Assembly: GCA_964398665.1 (NCBI GenBank)
Contig: CAYNNN010000005.1
Span: 2,025-66,024, forward strand
Length of the DNA stretch: 64,000 nucleotides
From: an uncultured Gammaproteobacteria bacterium
Lineage (GTDB): Bacteria; Pseudomonadota; Gammaproteobacteria; CAYNNN01
Direction of reading: 5' to 3'
Every line of letters begins with the position of its first letter. Positions within the stretch are counted from its first letter, which is position 1. The notes below the pieces were generated by a model. It had not been told where the DNA came from. It ran no database searches and worked only from the letters and a program-made list of their open reading frames with translations. Both the position numbers and the translations under genes were made by a program. Of this stretch, positions 56,191-64,000 are shown one piece after another.

Positions 56191-56486
56191 AATAATTCCC
56201 CCACACTCCAAATAGCTTAGTCGCTTTGGGCGTAGTTGCAAGCCAGGGTGGACCGGTCATCATGCCGCGTGGCGGCCCGATTCCAGGGCCAGACACCACC
56301 CGGGATGGTGGCGGCCACAGCCAACGCACCGCAAGGCACGCGGGCGGGGCTACGCCGGGACTTGGCATAACCGGCAGCCGGGTGGTCAGCCGGGGCGCAT
56401 CTCACGTCCCCCGTGTTGACTTGATGGTCACCCTGAGTCAGGCAGGCGGGCACCTCCAGGATCGGGGGACTTGCTGCCGGTCCGGC

Positions 56487-57671
56487 TCACGGCATTGAAC
56501 GCAGCCGTTCAACTTGCTGACGGCGTTTTTGTTCCTGCTTCTCGCGCTTGTCCTTCTTCTGGCCGGGGTCACCCCAGCCGATGGCGTCATAAATGCGCGT
56601 GAGCAAGTCCGCCACGGCCAGACGCTCCGCCGAGTCAGCACCCGCCTGTTGAGCCTGTTCCAGCAAGCCATTTATTTTGCCGATAAACTCACTGCGCTTG
56701 TTTTTTTGTGCCATCTCATCCTGTTGCTGATAGCGGGTAAACGCCTCCTCCAGTTGTACCCGTTGCCGACCCAGCGGGGACAAGGTAGCGAGTAGGGCCT
56801 GTTTTCGCGCCTCTTCGGCCTGCTGATGCTTCAGTTCGGCTTGGCGTTGTTGTTGCGCGCGCAACTCCGCGAGCTGCTTCGCCAGGGCCTGTTGCTGCGT
56901 TTCGTCTTTATGAAACAGCCCGTAACCGGCCCGGGTTTTCGCGCCAATCCCGTCTATCGTCAGGGCCGCAACCAACATTTGTTTGGCTAACGGCAACCAG
57001 TCGGCAGGGCCTTCAAGCACAAACAAAAAGCTGCCCTGCACCGCGATTTGGGCGTTCGGAATGGGGCTGTCTAAATCACTGGCCGGTACCGCACCTTCTT
57101 TGCCGTAGTAATCCAGATGATGGGTAGTCACGACCTCCTCGACAAAGGGCTTGTTGCTGTTGGTAGACTGCGGCACCCACCAGGCATCGTGAAAGCTGAT
57201 CAAACCCGCCAGACCATCCGGATCATCTTTGCTGGGCGCGGCACCGAACAGCTCATCGCAGTGGTCGGGATAGTGTTGGCCAAATGCACTGCGCCGCACC
57301 TGGGCATTGACCACGCCTTTGACACTGGAACCGGGGATGTAGGGCATCCCGTAGCTATGGCTGATGGCACAGCCAGTTTCCAGCATCCCGCCGCCGGTCA
57401 GGCCGATGAACAACCGGGTTTCCAGCGTTAGCACCACCGTTGCAAAGCGCTGGCAGTCAGCGGCTTGGGTTAGCCACCGATTATAAGCCTGCTGGTAAAA
57501 CTCACTGGCCTGGATCTTGCAAATGTCCTGGATGTGCTGGGTTTTAAGCTCCTTATTCTGTTCATCGTGCTGACTCAGCCCGCGCTGAATCAACAAGCCG
57601 GGGTGGGCATCTTTGGCATCTTTGGCCTTTGCATAATGGTGACGTAGCGCTTGGCGCATTAACTCGGTCAT
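56487..57671 (-). CDS. cmr6: Type III-B RAMP Cmr6 with helical C-terminal extension
   Basis: PYIPGSSVKG, FHDAWW, VVTTHH, PIP, GIGAKTRAGYG glycine loop. Confidence 0.92.
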   Translation of the reverse strand: MTELMRQALRHHYAKAKDAKDAHPGLLIQRGLSQHDEQNKELKTQHIQDICKIQASEFYQQAYNRWLTQAADCQRFATVVLTLETRLFIGLTGGGMLETGCAISHSYGMPYIPGSSVKGVVNAQVRRSAFGQHYPDHCDELFGAAPSKDDPDGLAGLISFHDAWWVPQSTNSNKPFVEEVVTTHHLDYYGKEGAVPASDLDSPIPNAQIAVQGSFLFVLEGPADWLPLAKQMLVAALTIDGIGAKTRAGYGLFHKDETQQQALAKQLAELRAQQQRQAELKHQQAEEARKQALLATLSPLGRQRVQLEEAFTRYQQQDEMAQKNKRSEFIGKINGLLEQAQQAGADSAERLAVADLLTRIYDAIGWGDPGQKKDKREKQEQKRRQQVERLRSMP

Positions 57672-58075
57672 GATTGCACCCCGTTTGCAGTCTCACCGGT
57701 AGCACCCACCCGCAACACGCCTTGGGCGTAGCGCTTGAGCCAGCCGCTGGCTTCCAGGGCGCGGCGGGTCAGCAACAGCGTTTGCGCCAGATCCGCAGCA
57801 ATAACAGCTTGATGTAACAGCTCAGCGCTGGCTGTGTTTGTAACGCCGGTTGCTTGCAACACTTGGCGCAGGTCATCAAGCACTGCCCGATGCGCGTCTG
57901 TGCCTTTGCTTTTAGCCAGCAAAAACCCGGTTGCTTGCGCCAGGCCATTTTGCAAAATCATGCCGGGCAGCTTGTGCAGCAGGGCCCCATATTCTTTTTT
58001 GAAGGTCGCATCTTCGCGGGCACTGACGCGCTGGTACGCCGCCTGGGCAACCCGATGGGTACGAATCTTGGGCAT
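57668..58075 (-). CDS. cmr5: Type III-B small subunit Cmr5
   Basis: LPGMILQNGLAQATGFL, WLKRYAQG; between cmr4 and cmr6. Confidence 0.9.
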   Translation of the reverse strand: MPKIRTHRVAQAAYQRVSAREDATFKKEYGALLHKLPGMILQNGLAQATGFLLAKSKGTDAHRAVLDDLRQVLQATGVTNTASAELLHQAVIAADLAQTLLLTRRALEASGWLKRYAQGVLRVGATGETANGVQS

Positions 58076-58076
58076 G

Positions 58077-58949
58077 TCACACCCCCTGCGGCAAGTAGCG
58101 CACCAAGCCTCGGCCTACCCCGGCTTTACCGCCCAATTGCAGCAGGGTGCCGCTTGCGGGTAGGGCCTGAGCCAACTGAGTCGCTGGATGGGTATCTTTG
58201 GGATTGCGGGATTCCGTTAGGGCATAAACCCCCCACAACACCGATTCGGCAGGCAGATTTTCCTCATACCACAAAGCACTGCGCTTGACTGTGCCGGTAT
58301 TATGGTCAATCGCAATCCGGGTGCGGATTTCGGTCGCGGTTTCGGCTAAAAAGCCCAAAATCTCGTCAGAAACTACGGCAAAGCGCTCCTTGAGTGCGGC
58401 TTGCGCCTTGACATCATCGGGATAAACCATTTGGGCAACGTGCTGTGCCCAGGCGGTCACAATCCCGGCGGGCTGGGCGGTCAGATCCAGGTCTTCCAGC
58501 ACCAGCGTCTGGTTCAATAAATTCACCGAACCTTCGGCCACTTGCGCGCCGTTCGCAGGCGGCGTGGGCAAGGTCGGCGGCGGTGTCTGGCCTGCCAGCC
58601 TCAAGTCTTGGGCATAATGGCGCAAGATAAATGGCGACGTGACAAAGCACACCACGCCCGCCAGGCTGCGCACCGGCAACAGCAACAAATGCGCATCGCC
58701 CACTGCCAGCGCCCCGGCGAAAGCGTCTTCATTACTGTTGATGAATTCCGGGCCAAAGAGCGTGTGAGCTTCCTTTGGGCTAGTCGTTGTCACTTGTTGG
58801 CGCAACACCCCGCGCAGGCTGGATCCCGGCACGATGGGCAACTGCGTGGCCCGTGCGCGGGCAATCGGTAAATCTACGACTCCGGCAGATTGCCCGGTGC
58901 CGCAATGCAGCGCTGAAAGCGCATGAAGATGAAATAATTGAGCTTGCAT
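58077..58949 (-). CDS. cmr4: Type III-B RAMP Cmr4
   Basis: LHCGTG, VDLPIAR, PGSSLRG, DAHLLLLPVRS, LWYEENLP, QLGGKAGVGRG. Confidence 0.95.
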   Translation of the reverse strand: MQAQLFHLHALSALHCGTGQSAGVVDLPIARARATQLPIVPGSSLRGVLRQQVTTTSPKEAHTLFGPEFINSNEDAFAGALAVGDAHLLLLPVRSLAGVVCFVTSPFILRHYAQDLRLAGQTPPPTLPTPPANGAQVAEGSVNLLNQTLVLEDLDLTAQPAGIVTAWAQHVAQMVYPDDVKAQAALKERFAVVSDEILGFLAETATEIRTRIAIDHNTGTVKRSALWYEENLPAESVLWGVYALTESRNPKDTHPATQLAQALPASGTLLQLGGKAGVGRGLVRYLPQGV

Positions 58950-58956
58950 AACCATC

Positions 58957-60126
58957 CTATTTCGAGTCAGAAGAAAGCACCGGCTTCCAGGCGGCTGGCA
59001 ACACCAGCCCGAAACCATCTAGGCGGTCTTGAGCCGCATCACAGACACTGCCCAACCACAGCCGTTGCAGGACTGCCGGTTCCGGGTCATTCAGACATTC
59101 AAACCAATAAACCGCCCCCGCAGGCACCAGCTTGCGGGTCTGACGCGGTGCCCAGGCCGCCAAATCCCAGCCCGATTGCGGCTGCCAACGTTCCACCGCC
59201 GCCGCCACCAGCCGCAGCTGCACTTCGGGCAGGCCGGGTGGACTGCCACACCCCTTCGCATCCAGCCAAGCAGGCCGAAACCCCGCTTCAAACAGCCCCG
59301 GCGTCAGCAAGGTCAGACTCAACCCCCCTTGCTGCACAATGGCTTCCAGCCAACCATCAGGCGGCGTGGGCCACAGCGCGTCCGCTTCAGGGTGCAAAGC
59401 CGCCAGCCGTTGTTCACCGCCCAAACGCACCAGATCGGGCGCTAAGGGCTGACCAAAACAGGCCAGCAATTGCACTGCGGGTCGGGCAGGTTCCTTGGCC
59501 GCTTCGGGTTTAGGCCATTCTGCGGCCAGATCCAGGCCCTCGGTTTGAAACAGGCGGCCCTCAAGCGCGGCCCGCCGCTGCGCGTCCAGGGCTACGTGAG
59601 TCCGTCGGTCGCCAGGGGGTGGGGTATAGCCTTGTTTCAAGTCGGGCGCCTGTCCTCGCCGCCAGGCCAGCAGGTCTTGCCAGCGCCACCAGGTCGGGCC
59701 TTTGCCGCTTTTTTCACGTTCGTCCTGCACCAGGCGCACCGGGAGCAGGCCCTTGGGGAGATCACAGCCGCAGCCTGCGGGTAAGCCTTGCGGCTGGGCA
59801 CGCACACAACGCACGGTATCCCCTTGGCCAAAATACAGCGCATCCGCCGGTTTAGGCACCAGCACGTCCTGGCCTCGCAAGAGTAACGGCCCCGCCACCG
59901 ACAGTTGCAGCAATTCCGGGCTAAAGGCTTGCGCGCGGGCACGTGCCCACGCGGTGCGTAAACACCCTGCAATTGTGGACGGTGGCGGCAACCGGGCCGG
60001 GTCGGCGCGGGTCTGGCCCACGCTGGGCTTGCCCGAACGCACGATGACGGGTGCCAGGGGCGCCAAACTCACCACCGAGTGGGATGCCACTTGCTTTAGT
60101 ATTTCGCTAATCGCTTGCTGATTCAT
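58957..60126 (-). CDS. cmr3: Type III-B RAMP Cmr3
   Basis: PPPSTIAG, RTHVAL, GRLF, LGGEQR, LLTPG, SGWD, VPAGAVYW, GFG. Confidence 0.92.
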   Translation of the reverse strand: MNQQAISEILKQVASHSVVSLAPLAPVIVRSGKPSVGQTRADPARLPPPSTIAGCLRTAWARARAQAFSPELLQLSVAGPLLLRGQDVLVPKPADALYFGQGDTVRCVRAQPQGLPAGCGCDLPKGLLPVRLVQDEREKSGKGPTWWRWQDLLAWRRGQAPDLKQGYTPPPGDRRTHVALDAQRRAALEGRLFQTEGLDLAAEWPKPEAAKEPARPAVQLLACFGQPLAPDLVRLGGEQRLAALHPEADALWPTPPDGWLEAIVQQGGLSLTLLTPGLFEAGFRPAWLDAKGCGSPPGLPEVQLRLVAAAVERWQPQSGWDLAAWAPRQTRKLVPAGAVYWFECLNDPEPAVLQRLWLGSVCDAAQDRLDGFGLVLPAAWKPVLSSDSK

Positions 60127-60127
60127 C

Positions 60128-61948
60128 TTACCCCCGTCCTTCCAGATCGCTGGCGGTGCGGGCCGACAGCCAGCGCGCCAGGATCAACATATCGGCCAAC
60201 GTATTCAAGCCCTGTTGCCGGGCGCGTTTAACCAGCCGCTTGTGTAAGTCTTCATTGATTTTTTGCCCCTGAGCGCGGGCACGATCCAGCATCCGCAGTA
60301 ATTCCGCATTGCGCATCCCCTGGGCCATCTCAGTTTTCTCCTCACGCAGCCACGCCAGACGCAAGTCAATGGCACGCAGGTCGTAGGCCACCCGGCTAGG
60401 TAGTTCCTCGTTGGCAAACGCCTGGGTAAAACTCGCCAGATCTTCCAGGGCCACGCTGTCACCCCATTGGGTGCGCCACCGCAACTCGCCGCCAGAGCGG
60501 ATACCTAACTGAATGGCCAGGGCATTGCGCTGCTGGCTTTCAGGCAGGCTATTGCCTTTGGCCAATTTTTCGGCGCGCTCGGCGCGATCCCGCAAGCTCC
60601 AGAACGGCTCGATGATGTGGCCTATCCCGATACCCACCGACAAGGTCGGTTGTTCCGCGTCGGCTACGCCCAAATCGGTTGCCACTGCGCGCAAGTCTTG
60701 CTTGAACGCATCGGCCAGGGCCTTGGCGCACGCCTGCGCCGATTGCAGCGGCACGAGTGCCAGCACATCATCGCCCCCGGCGTAAATCGCATGGCCGCGA
60801 TGCTTACGCACAATCGCCCGCACCTGACAGGCAAAGCCATGCAGGTCGCGGGAAATGCGCTGCGAATCCTGCGCCGTTTTGGCCTGGGTCAGCAACTTGC
60901 CCATGCGGTCGCCATCGGCCAGCAACACCGCCGCATACGGGACTGGATTACCCACTTGCTCACCCCAGCGGTTGCGTTCTTGGGCCAGGTTTTTCAGGGT
61001 ACGCTGCAACAACGTGATCGCATCGCTGGCTTCTGCGTCCTGATCAAGATGCGCTTTACTCAGGGCGTTGGCCAAGCGAAAATCAAACAACAGCCCGCCA
61101 TCGTAGGGGAAATTTTTATAGCTGCCTTGATTACCCTGGACGCGGGTTGCCAGCTCCAACCCTACCAGCGGCTCATAAACTTCACGGAGTTGCGCAAGCT
61201 GCGACGCCAGGAGTGTTTCCAGCCAGCTATCGGCAGCGATGCGGGTATAAGCAGTAAATTGCTCACTCTCCCCCGCCAAGCGCTTGATAAGGCCGAGTGT
61301 ATCCAACCGTTCACCGTCGGATAAACCCAATTTGCGCCGGGCGCGGTGGCGCTCACACCACTCGGGCAGGACGGTTTCCAAGGCCCCGTCCAGCGAAGAT
61401 TTGGGCAGACCAAACTCCACCGGCTGGCATGCCTCAAAGTCACGGGTCGCTTTACGGGCAGCCAACACACTCCCCAACTGCTCGCTTTGCCGGGGATAGT
61501 CGGCTGCTGATGCGACTTCGACCCAGGCGGCAAAACTTTCCAGAATGTCATGGATTTGCGCGCCCCAAACATCATCACGCAACCCGCTGGGCAAGTTGCG
61601 CCGCGCTTCCTCGCCCAACGCATGGATGCGCACAGCCGCCGCCTGCTGGGCGCGTTCACACAAAGCCCGCACCGCTTCAGCATCCGGCAAGGGCAGTATT
61701 GCACGCAAGATATTGGCAATATTGGCGTCATCATCCCGGATATGTTCCTGCGGCACTAAATCCTGATCAGGATTGGCCAAATGCGGAAAAATCAGACAGC
61801 CGGGTGCCTGTTGATGCAGCACCCGCGCAGCGGCGCGTGCCGCTTCAGACAACAGCCAGGAACCGCACCATAAATCCCGGGTGCGCCGCGCAGCAGCAAT
61901 CAGGCTTTGCACCGGCCCCAAGGCCAGCGTGACCAGATAAGTAGGCAT
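60128..61948 (-). CDS. cas10: Cas10/Cmr2 without HD domain
   Basis: Starts directly with LGPVQSLIAAARRTRDLWCGSWLLS; ADGDRMG and YAGGDD palm motifs; 606 aa. Confidence 0.95.
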   Translation of the reverse strand: MPTYLVTLALGPVQSLIAAARRTRDLWCGSWLLSEAARAAARVLHQQAPGCLIFPHLANPDQDLVPQEHIRDDDANIANILRAILPLPDAEAVRALCERAQQAAAVRIHALGEEARRNLPSGLRDDVWGAQIHDILESFAAWVEVASAADYPRQSEQLGSVLAARKATRDFEACQPVEFGLPKSSLDGALETVLPEWCERHRARRKLGLSDGERLDTLGLIKRLAGESEQFTAYTRIAADSWLETLLASQLAQLREVYEPLVGLELATRVQGNQGSYKNFPYDGGLLFDFRLANALSKAHLDQDAEASDAITLLQRTLKNLAQERNRWGEQVGNPVPYAAVLLADGDRMGKLLTQAKTAQDSQRISRDLHGFACQVRAIVRKHRGHAIYAGGDDVLALVPLQSAQACAKALADAFKQDLRAVATDLGVADAEQPTLSVGIGIGHIIEPFWSLRDRAERAEKLAKGNSLPESQQRNALAIQLGIRSGGELRWRTQWGDSVALEDLASFTQAFANEELPSRVAYDLRAIDLRLAWLREEKTEMAQGMRNAELLRMLDRARAQGQKINEDLHKRLVKRARQQGLNTLADMLILARWLSARTASDLEGRG

Positions 61949-61960
61949 CAGGCAAGCTCC

Positions 61961-63214
61961 TTAAAAAAACTGCATGAACGCTGATAGGACATCTTCGCCC
62001 CGACCCTGCATCGGCTTGATCAACTGCGCTAGCCGTTGCTCCTCAGTCTGATTGGCAGGCCAAGCCATTGGTCGTGTCGGCTGGGTTTTGAACTTCAGCG
62101 GCTGGCTCAAGGCTTGTTCCCACCCCGGCAATAACAAGGCTGCCGGACACCATTCCTGACCATTCCAGTAGGATCGCAGGATCAAGGGGCTGGCCATGCG
62201 ATCCACAGCCCCAGCCGGTTCCAAGGTGTGATCGGTTGGGTCGCTGTTGCTTTGGAAATGAAACACGATGGGCAAGCCAAATGCGGCCCGAGGAAACACA
62301 TTCCCCGCAGGATGTGTGGGCGCATGTAGGGGCGCGTTTATGGCCGACAGCCGTCGAATCGCATCGGCTTCGGGCCAACGGCTCCGGCCCGGTCGATTCG
62401 CACTCTGCCCCGCATTACGGCCCTCGTTCACACCTTGCCGGAAGATTTTCAGCCGGTTGACTGCTGTCCGCCAGGCGGCATTGGCTGAAGTCTCAGCCCG
62501 TCGCAACACCAGCCATCCGCCCCGATCTTCCACTTCCTCAGGCGTCACCCGCTCCAGACCCATAACCTGCACTGCACCCAAACCGCGCCGCGTCCGGGCA
62601 CCCAAACCGCCAAAACTCGCCCACCAGCGTAGGGCTTTTTGAACCCCCTGGCGTTGCTCATCCGTCAGGCAATGATCCAGTTGTAGCAACAAAGAAAACT
62701 TTAGCACTCCTTTCCCTTCGTCTTTTTCAATGGCCAACTGATTGGGCGCGACATCCACACTGCGCTTGTCCGCAGTGAGCTTACCTTGCGCCGAAAATAG
62801 CGCGTAGGCATTGGCCCAACCAGCATTATCAGGGATCGTTCTAAACTGACCATGCTTATCAGGCCGACTATCACGCTTGTATGTGAATGCCGGTTCTAAC
62901 GTAATGTTAGATACATCCGCCACCCTAACCCGCACCCGGCTGGCCGTCGGCTTTTTAGCCCCAATCCCACCCCAAATCGCTATTTCATCCGCAAACATTG
63001 CTCGTGGCGACTCAAACGGCCCGCAGGCCACACGCCACCAAAACCGCAACTGGCCGCGAAGCGCGGAAGGCCGGATCGGCAACGCGGTATCCACCTTCCC
63101 AGCTTGCACCCCGCCGCCATACAGCGGTGTTACCAGCGTGCAGTCATAAGTGGTCGCCGTTGCCTGGGGCGGCTGATAGTGCTCTTCCGGCACCTGTAAC
63201 CGTGGTTGTCTCAT
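61961..63214 (-). CDS. cmr1: Type III-B RAMP Cmr1
   Basis: VTPLYGGG, LRGQLRFWWR, FGGLGARTRRGLG, RAAFGLP, RMASPL. Confidence 0.92.
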   Translation of the reverse strand: MRQPRLQVPEEHYQPPQATATTYDCTLVTPLYGGGVQAGKVDTALPIRPSALRGQLRFWWRVACGPFESPRAMFADEIAIWGGIGAKKPTASRVRVRVADVSNITLEPAFTYKRDSRPDKHGQFRTIPDNAGWANAYALFSAQGKLTADKRSVDVAPNQLAIEKDEGKGVLKFSLLLQLDHCLTDEQRQGVQKALRWWASFGGLGARTRRGLGAVQVMGLERVTPEEVEDRGGWLVLRRAETSANAAWRTAVNRLKIFRQGVNEGRNAGQSANRPGRSRWPEADAIRRLSAINAPLHAPTHPAGNVFPRAAFGLPIVFHFQSNSDPTDHTLEPAGAVDRMASPLILRSYWNGQEWCPAALLLPGWEQALSQPLKFKTQPTRPMAWPANQTEEQRLAQLIKPMQGRGEDVLSAFMQFF

Positions 63215-64000
63215 GATTTTCCTCCTTCATACAAATCCATGCGCACAAAGGGCGCATATTTTTTCGCCCGGTCGCGCAACAACTGACCCACAACATCACC
63301 GCTGCGCTGACGCTGGAGTAATGCCTCGTATTCAGGCTTATCCGCAATCTGCCAGACCAGCAGGCGCCAGCCCTCGACCGACACCAGATAGCGATCCCGG
63401 GTATGCGCCCCCGGTTTGAGCCAGTAAAACCCCTGCCCCCAGTTGTCGTGGATGCCGATTTGCAACTGCGCGGGGCTGGCCGCCACCCGCGCCAGGTACG
63501 CATCGGGCTTGGTCCCCTCAATGCCGCGCATCTGCACCAGGTCCTCCAGGGCAAGCCGTGATAGATAAGGCACCAGCGCCGTGGGCTTGTGCAATTCTTC
63601 CCACAATAATAGACCGACCGGCGACAGCGTGACTTCGGCGCCCTCACGCTCAAACAGCGGCTCCAGGGCGGTCCGTGCATCGTAGGGAATCGCCTTTTCC
63701 CAGTCCGCCAATGGCATGGCCGAATCGCGCTGAATCACTTCAAAGACCGCCCGATGCGTTTCCAGCGGGGTACGGGCAAACTCGACGGGCATCATTGGCA
63801 AGGCAATCAGTGCGGTAGATTGCTCAAAAATGTATTTCGCCGGGACATGCTTCAGCATCCCGATCAACACGGTATAAGGCACTAAGCTCTTGAAGCCCCC
63901 GGTCGGGTTCAACACGCACTGCGCCGGGCCGTGACTATCAATTTCGTGGAGCACCTTCTGGGTAAAATTCAGCACCCCGGCACGTCGGAACTTCGCCGCA
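63211..64000 (-). CDS. CARF (APE2256-like) protein with probable C-terminal RelE-like domain, Cami1-like (partial, start beyond right edge)
   Basis: LNPTGGFK and YIFE CARF motifs; frame open to 64000 (AAKFRRAGVLN); C-terminal YWLKPG...RYLV...LLVWQI resembles a RelE-type fold. Confidence 0.65.
   Translation of the reverse strand, partial: AAKFRRAGVLNFTQKVLHEIDSHGPAQCVLNPTGGFKSLVPYTVLIGMLKHVPAKYIFEQSTALIALPMMPVEFARTPLETHRAVFEVIQRDSAMPLADWEKAIPYDARTALEPLFEREGAEVTLSPVGLLLWEELHKPTALVPYLSRLALEDLVQMRGIEGTKPDAYLARVAASPAQLQIGIHDNWGQGFYWLKPGAHTRDRYLVSVEGWRLLVWQIADKPEYEALLQRQRSGDVVGQLLRDRAKKYAPFVRMDLYEGGKS

Noticed and set aside
56191-56486. Possible CRISPR array or leader downstream of cmr6
   Set aside because: No 23-47 bp direct repeats with regular spacing here or elsewhere in the window.
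166-63680. Many long ORFs antisense or out of frame to the called genes (e.g. 1213-2445, 3536-4597, 27229-28470, 50343-51752, 53983-55257)
   Set aside because: They overlap genes with clear family motifs and have no motifs themselves; expected shadow ORFs in GC-rich DNA.

Overview
GC-rich proteobacterial (probably gammaproteobacterial) chromosomal window, mostly on the minus strand. (1) 1-11.8 kb: an Isp-type (group 1e-like) membrane [NiFe]-hydrogenase operon (protease, HupH-like, hynS, isp1, isp2, extra ORF, hynL) followed by hypABCDEF. (2) 11.9-15.1 kb: a patch of foreign-looking cassette-like genes (near-symmetric beta-trefoil protein, HAD-like protein, DpnA-like methyltransferase) separated by degenerate attC-like hairpins, with group II intron, IS5 and VapC remnants. 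(3) 15.1-19.4 kb: a group 3b (sulfhydrogenase-type) hydrogenase operon; both hydrogenase operons have FNR-like boxes. (4) 19.6-38.8 kb: rlpA plus a biosynthetic cluster built round a 3066-aa REC-FAAL-ACP-Cy-A(tandem PilZ-like insert)-PCP-aminotransferase-acyl-ACP-reductase-like megasynthetase, a REC-histidine kinase, a beta-barrel, a LolA-like lipoprotein, a REC-REC-MMPL/RND transporter, a PPTase and a type II thioesterase. (5) 38.7-47.7 kb: FixJ/FixL-like pair, moaDE, argH, cbpA, pdxB, glcF, M12-type peptidase. (6) 47.8-56.2 kb: a second LolA-like/beta-barrel/MMPL trio in which the MMPL protein is fused to a histidine kinase, followed by a REC-PAS-GGDEF-EAL protein. (7) 56.5-64 kb: type III-B cmr1-6 with a CARF-RelE (Cami1-like) gene running off the right edge; no CRISPR array in the window. 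The best candidate for an undescribed system is blocks 4 plus 6: a hypothesised lipid-signal circuit with a signal-gated synthetase, an RND exporter carrying receivers, an RND-kinase receptor and c-di-GMP output. All calls are from motif recognition by eye; no database searches were run.
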